DNA from: Treponemataceae bacterium | Lineage (GTDB): Bacteria > Spirochaetota > Spirochaetia > Treponematales > Rectinemataceae | Length of the DNA stretch: 64,000 nucleotides | Assembly (NCBI GenBank): GCA_963678065.2 | Contig: CAXXVZ010000003.1 | Coordinates: forward strand, 2,272,001-2,336,000 | Direction of reading: 5' to 3' | Notes under the pieces: model-generated | Database searches by the model: none | What the model was told of the DNA's origin: nothing | Seen by the model: the letters and a program-made list of their open reading frames with translations, nothing else | Shown: positions 19,286-29,550 of the stretch, piece by piece | Layout of the letters: the number at the start of each line of letters is the position of its first letter | Numbering within the stretch: position 1 is the first letter of the stretch | Position numbers and translations under genes: made by a program

Positions 19286-20770
19286 TCATGAATGGAACAG
19301 CCCCAGATTCTTCATTGATTCCAGCGCATCATTCCATCTGCTGTTCTGTTTACCTGTAAACTCGCGGACATCACAGGAATGCGATGCGACTTCCCTTATT
19401 TCGTCGGGGGAAGAGAGCTCCCCCGAAGCGTACAATTGCGTCAGTACATTCCCCATGGATGAAGCGATGTGGCTTCCACTCAAGACAGTCATCCCGAGCG
19501 CATCCGCAATCATCTGCAAGAGTGCGGAGTTCATGGTCCCGCCGCCTATCGCGACCAGCCCCCTATAGTTCACCTTCCCGGTTATCTTCTTCAGACACTC
19601 CAGACTCCACTTGATCTGCAGCGCGAAGCTCTCAAACAAACAACGGATAATTTCTCCCTTCGCGCTCACATCAGCTTGCCCCGTCTTCCTGCAATATTCA
19701 CGTATGGTCAACACCATATCGTCAGAATCGTGTCGGAAAACCGGATCATTGACATTCAGGTACGTCGAATTGACCGCATTTTCCGAAGCAAGAATATTCA
19801 GGTCCTGCTGACGAACTACCTCGCCATGCCTTTTCCACACCTCGATGCATTTGTTCACTATCCAGAAACCGGGGAAGTCTTTGCACAGCGAATTGGTACC
19901 GAAAGCGCCGGCGACATTCTTGAAATGGAATGTGTACCCTTCGTCGTTCACTATCGGCCCATCGGTCCGAGTACCGAATATTATGGATGTTCCGAGGCTC
20001 GCGAACAGCATCGAGTCGTCGAGAAAGGGAGCTGCAAGCAGAGCCGACTCGGTATCATGAGCGAACACATGTACGATTGCAGTTCCCTTGCCGCCGACTC
20101 CTCCGATCTCCGGGTCGTCGATCACTCCCGAAACCGTACCCCCCTCTACGAGCGGGGGAAACAGTCTCCGGGGAATGGACAGTCTCTCCATCAGTCGATG
20201 ATTCCAACCTGAATTCCCGATCTCCAGGAGACTGCTCACCGACGCTATTGTCTTTTCCGCCGTCTTCTCACCGGAAAAGAAATAGGTCAACAGATTTGCC
20301 AACGGAAGGAAGGTGACTCCTTCTTTCAGGGCAGGACTGTCCTCTCGGACATCGCGATACAGTTGCGCCAGGACACGCGACCTTACGGGGTAGATTCCTG
20401 TTTCCCGGTAAAGCTCGTCCATCGGCATTATCTCCGACATCTTCTCGAGTATTCCGCTCGTTCCATCATCCCTGTAGTGATATGGCATACCGATCAAACG
20501 GCCCCTTCCGTCGAGCACCCCGTAGCCGTTGCCGTATGTATCGATACCGAGCGATCTACACCCCCCCGAGTTGCATGTCAGACTTGCGATACTCTTCCTG
20601 ATCCCTTTGTAAATACCCAGGACATCTATATAGAGCGAGCCGAGCATCTTTATGGGCTCATCGCCGAACTCGATGGTTCCCATGGTAACTATTTTGTTGC
20701 CGTCAAACTGCGCCGCAAGAATTTTTACGCTTCCGGCCCCGACGTCGACAGCAACGGTGATATCGCCCAT
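19286..20770 (-). CDS. FGGY carbohydrate kinase (rhamnulokinase-like)
   Basis: AVDVGAGS, GIDTYG, YHYRD, HDTESA, SLGT, GGGT-x-N. Confidence 0.88.
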   Translation of the reverse strand: MGDITVAVDVGAGSVKILAAQFDGNKIVTMGTIEFGDEPIKMLGSLYIDVLGIYKGIRKSIASLTCNSGGCRSLGIDTYGNGYGVLDGRGRLIGMPYHYRDDGTSGILEKMSEIMPMDELYRETGIYPVRSRVLAQLYRDVREDSPALKEGVTFLPLANLLTYFFSGEKTAEKTIASVSSLLEIGNSGWNHRLMERLSIPRRLFPPLVEGGTVSGVIDDPEIGGVGGKGTAIVHVFAHDTESALLAAPFLDDSMLFASLGTSIIFGTRTDGPIVNDEGYTFHFKNVAGAFGTNSLCKDFPGFWIVNKCIEVWKRHGEVVRQQDLNILASENAVNSTYLNVNDPVFRHDSDDMVLTIREYCRKTGQADVSAKGEIIRCLFESFALQIKWSLECLKKITGKVNYRGLVAIGGGTMNSALLQMIADALGMTVLSGSHIASSMGNVLTQLYASGELSSPDEIREVASHSCDVREFTGKQNSRWNDALESMKNLGLFHS

Positions 20771-20804
20771 GCCTGTTCATCCAACCGATGGTACATTGCG
20801 ACGT

Positions 20805-21791
20805 TCACACGTCGATCGCCTCGGCTGCCTCCCTCATTGCGCGCACGTCGGTATCGGATAGCTCGAGGTCCGCCGCTTTTGCGTTTTCCGCGAGCTGATC
20901 GATGGTAGTCGCCCCGCTAAGTACATTGATGTTGTCGCCCTGGGCCAGTATCCATGCGATTGCCAAGTCCGGGATCGAACAATGATACTTTCCGCACAGA
21001 CCTGCCCAGCCCCGCATCATCGCCAAGGCTTTACGCATATTCTCCCGCTCGAACCACCGCTTGCCATTCTGGGCAGAACCTTTCGGCGGAACATAATCAT
21101 CGCCGATGGTTCCGGTCAGGAGTCCCTGCTCAAGCGGAGAATATGCCTGGAAAGTAATGGACCGCCTTCTGCATGCGGGCAGGATCTCACGCTCCACTTT
21201 CCGATCGAGGATACTGTACTTGCACTGGACAATATCGAGTTCGCCGTATTTCAAATACTCCGCGATATGCTCCGATGTCACGTTGGCAGCCCCGATTGCC
21301 CTGATCAGCCCTTCATCCTTCAGCTCGTTCAGTGCTTCCATCGTTTTCGATATAGGTGTGAAGAAGGGTTCGACGCTTTGCCAGTGAGTCATGTATACGT
21401 CGATGAAATCCGTCCCGAGTCGTTCGAGGCTCTCCTTGATCTCATCTTTTATCGATTCTTTCGAGAGATTCTTGTAGAGCTGCACATCACCGACTTTGTT
21501 GAAGAGGCTCCCGACACCTTTCCATGTGATGCCGCATTTCGTTATGAGCACGACGTCGTCTCTCTTGATCCTGGCAAAGGCAGCACCGACTACTTTTTCA
21601 CTGTTGCCGAAATTGTAGGCCGGAGCTGTATCGACGAGGTTGATCCCCAGAGCTTTGCAGCCCGCGATGGTCCTTATGCTTTCTTCGAGATTCGCGTCCC
21701 CGCCCCAGGCCGGTCCTCCCCCGATCGCCCAGGTTCCCAACCCGATCCTGGAAATTTCCATCTGCGTCTTTCCGAGTTTCATTGTATTCAT
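20805..21791 (-). CDS. ydjG: Aldo/keto reductase, YdjG homologue
   Basis: GLGTWAIGGGPAW, GSLFNKVGD-x-QLYKNLS, YMTHWQSV-x-PFFTPI, YSPLEQGLLTG match E. coli YdjG as recalled. Confidence 0.9.
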   Translation of the reverse strand: MNTMKLGKTQMEISRIGLGTWAIGGGPAWGGDANLEESIRTIAGCKALGINLVDTAPAYNFGNSEKVVGAAFARIKRDDVVLITKCGITWKGVGSLFNKVGDVQLYKNLSKESIKDEIKESLERLGTDFIDVYMTHWQSVEPFFTPISKTMEALNELKDEGLIRAIGAANVTSEHIAEYLKYGELDIVQCKYSILDRKVEREILPACRRRSITFQAYSPLEQGLLTGTIGDDYVPPKGSAQNGKRWFERENMRKALAMMRGWAGLCGKYHCSIPDLAIAWILAQGDNINVLSGATTIDQLAENAKAADLELSDTDVRAMREAAEAIDV

Positions 21792-21860
21792 CGAGGATTC
21801 CTCCAATCCGGTTTTCCGTAATCGATGCCTTTCCGCTTCACATCGTGCTCCGGAGACTCG

Positions 21861-22703
21861 TCACGCATTGGCCTTGCCGTCGCTCCCGAACAGGTGAATT
21901 TTCTCCATTGCCCGTCCTTTGATTGCCTTCCTGATCTCTTGCTGCAGAGCGAGGTAATTCAGTTTCCCCGCGTTATCCCCGATCGCGATCATCGCGGCCT
22001 GACCGAGTTCGGTATGGATGTTGATCTTTGTGCAGCCCAGCGAAATCGCTTTCCGCACATCCGCATCGCCGATTCCGGAAGCGCCATGCAGGACGAGGGG
22101 CACGTCGATGGCATTCCTGACCCTTTCCAGTATCGCGAAATCTATCTTCGGCTCCGAGCTGTACACGCCGTGCATGTTGCCTATCGCGACGGCGAGCGCA
22201 TCAGCACCCGTACCATCGATGAACTCCTTCGCCTGGTCCGGATCAGTGTATCCGTAACTTGCAAGAGCGTCCTCGTATTTCGTCTCCGCCCCCACATGGC
22301 CGAGCTCCGCCTCTACCGGGATTCCCCTGTGCTGGAATGCGTCGACGACTTCCTTCGTGAGCCTGATATTGATGTCGAGAGGATTCGCCGAGGCATCGAT
22401 CATCACGGATGTGAATCCAAGGTCAACTGCATGCTGGACGATTCCGAAATTTCTCCCGTGGTCCCAGTGGACTGCGGCCGGCACTGTGGCGGCTCGCGCC
22501 ATGGATATCATCATCGAAGCGAAATGGTCGATGTCAGTGTTTTTAACGAATCCTGTTCCGAACGAGAGAATGACGGGAGAAGCGCATTCCTCCGCCGCAT
22601 CCCTCGCTCCTTCGAGCATCTCCACGTTCCACACATTGAAGTGAGGAACTGCGTAGCGGCCTTTTTGCGCCTTGAGGAGCATTTCCTTCATAGATACGAG
22701 CAT
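21861..22703 (-). CDS. ydjI: Class II ketose-phosphate aldolase, YdjI homologue
   Basis: HFNVWN-x-EML, SFGTGFV, HWDHGR, ELGHVG-x-ET-x-YE-x-ALA-x-Y-x-YTDPDQA, INIHTEL, FGSDGKA. Confidence 0.9.
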   Translation of the reverse strand: MLVSMKEMLLKAQKGRYAVPHFNVWNVEMLEGARDAAEECASPVILSFGTGFVKNTDIDHFASMMISMARAATVPAAVHWDHGRNFGIVQHAVDLGFTSVMIDASANPLDINIRLTKEVVDAFQHRGIPVEAELGHVGAETKYEDALASYGYTDPDQAKEFIDGTGADALAVAIGNMHGVYSSEPKIDFAILERVRNAIDVPLVLHGASGIGDADVRKAISLGCTKINIHTELGQAAMIAIGDNAGKLNYLALQQEIRKAIKGRAMEKIHLFGSDGKANA

Positions 22704-22740
22704 TCTCGCCTCCCTATGGCAGAACCCTGGACTACTTGCA

Positions 22741-23778
22741 TCACATTCTTATGACAGATTTGATGATCTCGTTTTTCCTGTCGACCGATTCGCGGAAAGC
22801 TCTCCGGACATCCTCGAATCCGTATATGTCCGTTACCATCGACTTGCCATCTATGCGACCCGAAGCTATCGCGGCTATGGTCGCTGGATACCTGTTCGCG
22901 TACCTGAAGACGGTCTGAATGCTTACTTCCCTGTTTATCTTCAGGAAATTTATCGGGGTATCGCCCGGTATGGTCCCGACAATCATGATCCTTCCGCCAC
23001 GCATGATCAGAGCGGGCGCAAGGCTCGCCGTCACGCGGGAACCCGCTGTCTCGAATACTATGTCGGCTCCCGGTTCCCCCAGGTATGCCTTGGCCGATTC
23101 GACGGTATCGGATTCCTTCGCATTCACTACGCAGGCGGCCCCGAGTTTCTTCGCCATCTCGAGCCTCTTTTCGATTACATCGACCACGACGATTTCGGAA
23201 GCGCCAAGCGCCCTGCATGCCTGAAGTGTCATGAGCCCGATGCATCCCGATCCGAGTATCACGATTTTCCTTCCCGGCCTCACGTCCGCCTGGAAGGCGG
23301 CGTGCATGCCGACCGCCGCAGGTTCGACCAATGCTCCTTCGATGTCATCCATACCTTCGGGAAGTTTGAACGTCATGCTCTGCGGATACGTGATATATCT
23401 CGCAAGGGCGCCTCGGTAGTTCGGGGAAGTGGCGAGAAAATCCATTTCCACGCAGAGGTTGTATCTCCCTTCCCTGCAGAATCTACACTTCCCGCAGGGC
23501 AGCCCCGGTTCTATGGTGACTCGATCCCCGACACGGAATGCGTCGCTTCCCGGACCGAGAGCCTCGATCACTCCGCAGCATTCGTGACCCAATCCGATCT
23601 TGGTTCCGGGATCTTTGGGTGGGATGTAGGGGCCTGATTCGAATGCGTGTATATCGGACCCGCAGATTCCCACACAGCCGACCTTTATCAGGACTTCGCC
23701 GTGCGCAGGAACCGGGATTTCAGATTCTTCGACGACGATCGATCCCGGCGACGACAGAATTGCTTTTACGTTATTCAT
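22741..23778 (-). CDS. ydjJ: Zinc-dependent polyol dehydrogenase, YdjJ homologue
   Basis: GICGSD-x-H-x-FESGP-x-IPPKDP, GLGHEC, INFLKINREV-x-IQTVFRYANRYP. Confidence 0.9.
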   Translation of the reverse strand: MNNVKAILSSPGSIVVEESEIPVPAHGEVLIKVGCVGICGSDIHAFESGPYIPPKDPGTKIGLGHECCGVIEALGPGSDAFRVGDRVTIEPGLPCGKCRFCREGRYNLCVEMDFLATSPNYRGALARYITYPQSMTFKLPEGMDDIEGALVEPAAVGMHAAFQADVRPGRKIVILGSGCIGLMTLQACRALGASEIVVVDVIEKRLEMAKKLGAACVVNAKESDTVESAKAYLGEPGADIVFETAGSRVTASLAPALIMRGGRIMIVGTIPGDTPINFLKINREVSIQTVFRYANRYPATIAAIASGRIDGKSMVTDIYGFEDVRRAFRESVDRKNEIIKSVIRM

Positions 23779-23829
23779 GACTTTGAGGTTCCTCCCGATC
23801 GGTCCCGGATTGGATCACAATAGATTCTT

Positions 23830-24801
23830 TCAATGTGTCAGGAACTCGCGACAGTCCTCTCTCTTTCGCATGACCTCGAGTACCTGTGCCTTGTTCCGCA
23901 CACCGTTCGTGGCTCCCGACGCACCGACAGAAATCGACGCGACAGCGTTTGCGAATCGGCCGCATTCAACGATATCCGCTCCATCCAGGATTGCGGTTAT
24001 GAAGCCCGCGACAAAATTGTCGCCCGCTCCGATAGTGTCGACCGGCTCTTCATTCCTGTATGCCGGGACGATCAGGCGGAGATCGGCGTTCTTCACGAAG
24101 CAGCCAAGCTTTCCATTCTTGATGACAACGTTCTTGACGCCGGATCCCAGGAGCGCATCGGCGATTTCGTCGATATCCGTCAGTCCGGTCAAGTCCGAGG
24201 CTTCATCGTAGTTCGGAAAGAAATAATCGAGGTAGGCGAGCGCTTCTCGAATGTCAGCCAAACGCTTGCCGTCCCTGCTCTTCATCATATCCGCGCAGAT
24301 AATCAGTTTATGTTTTCTCGCTTCCCCGAACACAGTCATCAATCCATCGCGATCCAGTCTGGGGTTGATGAATATACTCGCGATATCGAGCAGCCGTGCG
24401 TCCTTGATGCGCGCGAGGTCGATATCCGCGGCACTGAACTTGAACGTGCTGCTGGACCGGCTGACGACGAATGTCCGTTCTCCGTCAGCGCGTACGAGCC
24501 CCACGCTGAGCGGTGTGTCGACATTTCTGTCGATGGCGACGCTGGAGATGTCGATCCCGTTTTCGTCACAATGGGAAAGAATGTATTTTCCCATCATATC
24601 ATCGCCCAGCAGAGTGATGAGGGCGACTCTCACTCCAAGCCTTGTCGCGATGACCGATACATTTGTGGCGCTTCCGCCTATGGTCGGGAATATTCTGTCT
24701 ATCGGGTACGAATCAATGCCGAATACGCTTGAATCCATAGGCTTCAAGGGAACGTCCAGCGCTGAATTCCCTATGCAGATCACATCGACTTTCTCGCCCA
24801 T
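23830..24801 (-). CDS. ydjH: PfkB sugar kinase, YdjH homologue
   Basis: DVICIG, DSYP, DGERTFV, ASIF-x-x-P-x-LD, ICADM, DTIGAGDNF, GAT-x-GV-x-N. Confidence 0.88.
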   Translation of the reverse strand: MGEKVDVICIGNSALDVPLKPMDSSVFGIDSYPIDRIFPTIGGSATNVSVIATRLGVRVALITLLGDDMMGKYILSHCDENGIDISSVAIDRNVDTPLSVGLVRADGERTFVVSRSSSTFKFSAADIDLARIKDARLLDIASIFINPRLDRDGLMTVFGEARKHKLIICADMMKSRDGKRLADIREALAYLDYFFPNYDEASDLTGLTDIDEIADALLGSGVKNVVIKNGKLGCFVKNADLRLIVPAYRNEEPVDTIGAGDNFVAGFITAILDGADIVECGRFANAVASISVGASGATNGVRNKAQVLEVMRKREDCREFLTH

Positions 24802-24839
24802 CTACGAAAACCTCCGTCATTGGCAAGGGGGAATGCGAA

Positions 24840-25667
24840 TCAAAACCCCAGCAATCCGAGCTTGTGCAATACAATTTCCTCGACCGCTTTCTTCGGCCTG
24901 GCGAGCAACTCCGTGTAGACATAATTATCCGGATTCTCGTTCAAGGACTCGCGCAGGGAACGGTTGAAGGCAATCCTGAGCGCCGTGCCGATGTTTACTT
25001 TGCAGACGTTTGTATTCCGCATCCTCACAATATCGGCATCCACGAGCCCGGTAGATCCGTGTATGACCAAGGGGATCGGAACGGCTTCCCCGATTCTTGA
25101 GAGGAGATCGAAGTCGATATGCGATGCCTGACGCTCCATCCTGTGAAGCGTCCCGACTGCGACGGCGACAGCGTCTATTCCCGTATCGCGTACGAATCGC
25201 GCAGTCTCTTCCGGATCTGAAAGCACGGCTTTGTGGGATGATGTACCAGAGTATGCGACTGAGCCTATCTCAGCCTCCACACTCACCCCTTTCTCCTTGG
25301 CCCTGGATACGATGTCGCGCGTCACCTCCACGTTCTGGTCGTACGGAAACTGGGAAGCATCTATCATCACGGAGGAGAAACCGGAATCGATCGCCTTTTG
25401 TATGTCCTCGACCCTGGTGGCATGGTCAAGATGAACACACACCGGTACGCTCGACCTTCTTGCCATTTCGCAGAGAAGCAATCCCCAGAGTCCGATATCC
25501 ATGAACGCCGTGGCCATGGACCCGATCTGGACTATCACAGGCGCTCCCAGTTTCTCCGCTGCGGTGATGATCGGCTGTGCATCGGCGTACGTCGTTGCAT
25601 TGAAAGCGCCTACGGCGGCGTCCCGGCTCATATATTGAGGCAGTAGTTTCGCGAGTGTGACCAGCAT
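24840..25667 (-). CDS. Second class II fructose/tagatose-bisphosphate aldolase family protein
   Basis: VGAFN, HLDH, SSVMIDAS, VEAEIGSV, AVGTLH, LVIHGSTG, KVNIGT. Confidence 0.9.
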   Translation of the reverse strand: MLVTLAKLLPQYMSRDAAVGAFNATTYADAQPIITAAEKLGAPVIVQIGSMATAFMDIGLWGLLLCEMARRSSVPVCVHLDHATRVEDIQKAIDSGFSSVMIDASQFPYDQNVEVTRDIVSRAKEKGVSVEAEIGSVAYSGTSSHKAVLSDPEETARFVRDTGIDAVAVAVGTLHRMERQASHIDFDLLSRIGEAVPIPLVIHGSTGLVDADIVRMRNTNVCKVNIGTALRIAFNRSLRESLNENPDNYVYTELLARPKKAVEEIVLHKLGLLGF

Positions 25668-25754
25668 CTTCCGCTCCTATCCGGCATTCTCAACGATCCG
25701 TGATTCCAGGATCCCATCGGGGTGGACCTGTTCACGCACGCGACGACCATCCTC

Positions 25755-26429
25755 TCATAAATGGTCTCCAGTCAGATTCATCAATCCATTCAGGATGTTT
25801 TTCTCAACCGCGTCGATAAAAAGATCCTTATTATTGCTGATCAAGGCATCGATAATCGCTTTATGCTCCTCGAGACTTTTCTGGAGACGCCCTTTATTTT
25901 TGCATGATTCCAGTCCAAGAAGGTACGATTTATCCATTACATCATCGATGACATGGAGAAATTGTGAATTCTTCCTTATTGAGAGCAGATACTTGTGAAA
26001 GGAAAGGTCTTCTTTCATGAATCTTTTGCTGTCGGCCTTCTCGACGTACTCTTTCTGCTTTTCATAGGAGATCTTCAGGTTGGCGATGTCTTTTTCGGAA
26101 ACATAATCGAAGGCTCTCTTTGCGGAATATGTTTCTACCGCGGCTCTCAGTTCGTAAACCTCACGCGCGTCGATTATGGAGACTGAATTGATGACGACGC
26201 CCTGTTTCGGTATTATCGTCACCAATCTATCCCGTTCCAGCCTTTGACATGCGTTGGCCAACGGCGTCCTTGAGATATTGAGCTCCCTGGACATGGCAGC
26301 TATGCTGATGACCTCTCCCTGCCTGAGCTCGCCGCTTACGATCTTCTCCTTGAGAGTCACATAAGCGTCCTTCGTCAAACTGCTCTCTTCCTTCATGCCG
26401 ATCTGTTTGTCTTCCATTTCTCCGCTCAT
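25755..26429 (-). CDS. GntR-family regulator (FCD domain)
   Basis: ISRTP HTH, YELRAAVE, DLSFH, EEH-x-x-IIDAL. Confidence 0.9.
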   Translation of the reverse strand: MSGEMEDKQIGMKEESSLTKDAYVTLKEKIVSGELRQGEVISIAAMSRELNISRTPLANACQRLERDRLVTIIPKQGVVINSVSIIDAREVYELRAAVETYSAKRAFDYVSEKDIANLKISYEKQKEYVEKADSKRFMKEDLSFHKYLLSIRKNSQFLHVIDDVMDKSYLLGLESCKNKGRLQKSLEEHKAIIDALISNNKDLFIDAVEKNILNGLMNLTGDHL

Positions 26430-26521
26430 TTATTCATACGTAGAGACTCTCTGCCGATCGGGAACTCTACGAGCAAACGCTCGAACCATCAAGAATTATA
26501 ACCGCAATGACATTCCTGGTC

Positions 26522-27802
26522 TCAAAGCCGGGATATCTCCAGCGTGGCAAGCAGGAATTTCTCGATATCGAGAATATCGTTGCAGTGGAGAGGGGATACA
26601 CGGATGGCTCCGTCCAGACCGAATGAATTGAGCATTCTCTTCGAGTACAGACTGGTCGCGAGCCTGTCATATACGATGATGTTCCTTCTCTCGTACTCTC
26701 TGACAGCCTTTGTATAGCCGATATTCTTGAATCCGATCGCCATGATGAAATCCCTGATGGTAAGGTCGGGATTATCCAGGAATACAAGAACATTGTCCAT
26801 TTTCCTGAGTCCTGGCACCCCACCCGAACCGTCGAGCATCCTGGCCATGAGCGCCCGCTCGTGCAGCTTGATCCTCTCCATACCCGCGACGAACAATTCC
26901 CTTCGGGACTTCGAATCGGTAAAATGGCCGCCGACCCACGCAACATAGTTAACGATCTCCGTGATGACCGCGAACTGGGATGGGGCCGGGCTGCCCAAGG
27001 ACCAATCCTCGATGTTTTTTGCAGAAAGCTTATGATGAGGCAGTCTGGAAAGGCGCTCGGAGACATAGCCGATTCCGGAACCACGGCAGCCATAGAACTT
27101 GTATGGTGCGAAATTGATGCCGTCGACGGGCATTTTTTCCAAGTCGAGGATCCCGTGAGGAGCGTGTTGGACTGCGTCGCAGATAATGTACAAATCCGGC
27201 TTGACCGACCGGGCTTCCCGTACGATGGACTCCATGTCATAGATCGCGCCGGTTATGTTGGAGGCGTACATCACGCTGAGCAATACGGTGTCCTTGTCGA
27301 TCAGCTTGACGATCGAGTCGACGTCGACTCCGCCTGTATTGCGATTGCTCTGCGCCACCCGTAGCTCGCGACCCGTCTTCTGGGCATAGTATTCCATACA
27401 GTCATATGCCGACGGATGCTCCAGGACCGAAGTTACCATATTTTTGCCTGGCACGTTTTCCGCCACCGCGCGTACCATGTCGAACATGGTTTGGGACGCG
27501 GTAAGGTGGGTGAGGATGCTGCCGCCGGCGGGGGCATTGAAAATCAACCTCGTATCGTCCGTGCCATCGTCCTGAATTTTCTGGAGCTTCAGCGCCATCT
27601 TGTGGACGCGCTCCGGACAGTCAGGAACGGAGTCGACCTCGATCGCCCTCTCCACGGCCTTTTTGAGCCTGAAAGCCCCGCCTGCGTTGTCGAACATCAG
27701 TCTCTCGCCGATATCCGGATCCCTGTCCACATAAAGAAATTTGTCCTTGATCTCCCGCTGCAGGGTTTCGGGGAAGAGAATGCCTTCTGGATGGTTGGCC
27801 AT
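26522..27802 (-). CDS. Aminotransferase class V-fold PLP enzyme (cysteine desulfurase-like fold)
   Basis: DNAGG, LEHPS, ASNITG, DAVQHAPH, APYKFYG (PLP Lys), RVSPLH; AAGGAGG RBS before ATG 27802. Confidence 0.88.
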   Translation of the reverse strand: MANHPEGILFPETLQREIKDKFLYVDRDPDIGERLMFDNAGGAFRLKKAVERAIEVDSVPDCPERVHKMALKLQKIQDDGTDDTRLIFNAPAGGSILTHLTASQTMFDMVRAVAENVPGKNMVTSVLEHPSAYDCMEYYAQKTGRELRVAQSNRNTGGVDVDSIVKLIDKDTVLLSVMYASNITGAIYDMESIVREARSVKPDLYIICDAVQHAPHGILDLEKMPVDGINFAPYKFYGCRGSGIGYVSERLSRLPHHKLSAKNIEDWSLGSPAPSQFAVITEIVNYVAWVGGHFTDSKSRRELFVAGMERIKLHERALMARMLDGSGGVPGLRKMDNVLVFLDNPDLTIRDFIMAIGFKNIGYTKAVREYERRNIIVYDRLATSLYSKRMLNSFGLDGAIRVSPLHCNDILDIEKFLLATLEISRL

Positions 27803-27833
27803 ATCGGATGCCTCCTTGGTTGATTTTACTAGC

Positions 27834-28841
27834 TCAAACAATGACTTCCCCCTCGCGGAGCAGGAATCTTCCGTCGACTTCGATGCTTGGTTTCTTGATA
27901 ACCATATCGAGATGGTATGCGCTCTCGATCGTCCCGAAGAAGCCGGTATTGCTTCCGAACCCGAAATGCATGGTCCCTGCACAACCTTCGTCTTCGAGCA
28001 TGCGCCCGTTGAGTTCGCACTTCGTGTTAAGCCCGATTCCGATTTCCCCGACGCAATATGCTTTTTCGTCGTTGAAATCCTTGAGGATCCTCGCGAGAGT
28101 TCGAGCCTGCGGCCCGCCGCTTATGTCGACGATTACGCTATTGTGTATCATCAGTTTTATCTCGTCGTGTATGAGGCCAAGCTGGGGATGGGGGATGCTT
28201 CCGTCGACGAATACGACGCCATTCGCCGTGCCTTCGATGGCGCCGATGGCGCACTCGATATCCGGCGGCGAAGAAGACGATCCCGGCACGAGACTTCGCC
28301 CGTACTGCGGCACGGTGGGTCTTCCGGCTATGTTCGCGGAAAACTCTGTTCCCCTTTCGGTAGCGACATGGATTCTCTGGCCCACCATCGCCTTTGACAT
28401 GCGCTCGCAGACCTTCCCCTCTTCGATGAAATCGGCGTACATTCCGCCTTTGCGAAGCATCGATGCGGTATAGTCCACCATGTTGACGAACCGGGCTCCT
28501 CCGGCCACCGCTTCTCTCCTCGCGCGGCTATGGAACAGTGAAAACTTCGTCGCTCCGAATATTACATCGGCCTTGGCCATAGCCTCGGCGACCACTCTGT
28601 TGGGATCTTGTCCGTGCATCGTCCGCTCATCCATCATGACGATCGACTTGTTGGGGAAATCACTCGCGACCGCCCACATCGTTTCAGCCACCTCGAGACT
28701 CGTGGGGTCGGTGACAATAAGGATATGTTCGTCCTTTCTGCAATTCGAACAGGTGGTCAACAGCACACGACAAGCCTGATGGCCCTCGCTATCCTGCTCT
28801 CCAACGAGTTTGCTGACGCTGCCCTCCGGATTTATCTGCAC
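27834..28841 (-). CDS. AmpS/M29 (leucyl aminopeptidase-like) metalloprotein
   Basis: LIVTD, SLFH, PPDIE, GEIGIGLN, LEDEG-x-x-GTMHFGFGSN, HLDMV. Confidence 0.75.
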   Translation of the reverse strand: MQINPEGSVSKLVGEQDSEGHQACRVLLTTCSNCRKDEHILIVTDPTSLEVAETMWAVASDFPNKSIVMMDERTMHGQDPNRVVAEAMAKADVIFGATKFSLFHSRARREAVAGGARFVNMVDYTASMLRKGGMYADFIEEGKVCERMSKAMVGQRIHVATERGTEFSANIAGRPTVPQYGRSLVPGSSSSPPDIECAIGAIEGTANGVVFVDGSIPHPQLGLIHDEIKLMIHNSVIVDISGGPQARTLARILKDFNDEKAYCVGEIGIGLNTKCELNGRMLEDEGCAGTMHFGFGSNTGFFGTIESAYHLDMVIKKPSIEVDGRFLLREGEVIV

Positions 28842-28845
28842 GGAT

Positions 28846-29550
28846 TTATCCTCCCAAATAGGCTTTTTTCACTTCTTCATTTTCGAGAAGCTCGGATCCG
28901 GTCCCTTCGATCACAGTCTCCCCGTTCTGGATCACATATGCGTAATCGCAGATCGCAAGCGTATCAACAGCATTCTGCTCAACCAGTACGACGGTCACTC
29001 CGCTCTTGCTGATCGTTTTGACAAACTCAAATATCTCGGCGACAAGTATAGGCATCAAGCCGAGAGAGGGCTCGTCGAGGATCAACAACTTGGGATTCGA
29101 CATCAATCCTCTTGCGATCGCCACCATCTGTTGTTCGCCCCCGGACAGGGTATCGGCCTGCTGCCGCAGCCTCTCCTTTACCCTCGGGAACAGAGTGAAG
29201 ACCTGTTCGAGTCGATCGCTGACAGTCTTCTTGTCCCTCGTCAAGTAAGCGCCCATCAGAAGGTTGTCTTTAACGGAAAGCTTTCCGAACAGATGGCGTC
29301 CTTCGGGGACCATGGATATGCCCAGTTCAGCTAGTTTGTAGGTAGGCATGCCCAGGATTGACTTCCCCTCGTAGAGAATGTCACCGCTCATGGCCTTTAC
29401 CGAACCTGTCACAGCCTTCAGGGTCGTTGTCTTCCCTGCCCCGTTGGATCCCAGAATTGCTATGATCTTTCCCTTGTCGACTTTGAACGAAACATCGTGG
29501 ACTACGGGCACACCACCGTATCCGGTTTTTAGGTTCTTCACTTCGAGCAT
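28846..29550 (-). CDS. livF: Branched-chain amino acid-type ABC transporter ATPase
   Basis: GSNGAGKTT, LSGGEQQM, LDEPSLGL, VEQN, KAYLG (family-level symbol). Confidence 0.92.
   Translation of the reverse strand: MLEVKNLKTGYGGVPVVHDVSFKVDKGKIIAILGSNGAGKTTTLKAVTGSVKAMSGDILYEGKSILGMPTYKLAELGISMVPEGRHLFGKLSVKDNLLMGAYLTRDKKTVSDRLEQVFTLFPRVKERLRQQADTLSGGEQQMVAIARGLMSNPKLLILDEPSLGLMPILVAEIFEFVKTISKSGVTVVLVEQNAVDTLAICDYAYVIQNGETVIEGTGSELLENEEVKKAYLGG

Noticed and set aside
22672..24967. Long + strand ORFs (238-321 aa) opposite ydjJ/ydjH, and similar ones elsewhere
   Set aside because: Antisense shadows of GC-rich genes with no recognisable motifs
26522..27802. SufS/IscS cysteine desulfurase call
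   Set aside because: Catalytic Cys motif absent and no Fe-S genes nearby
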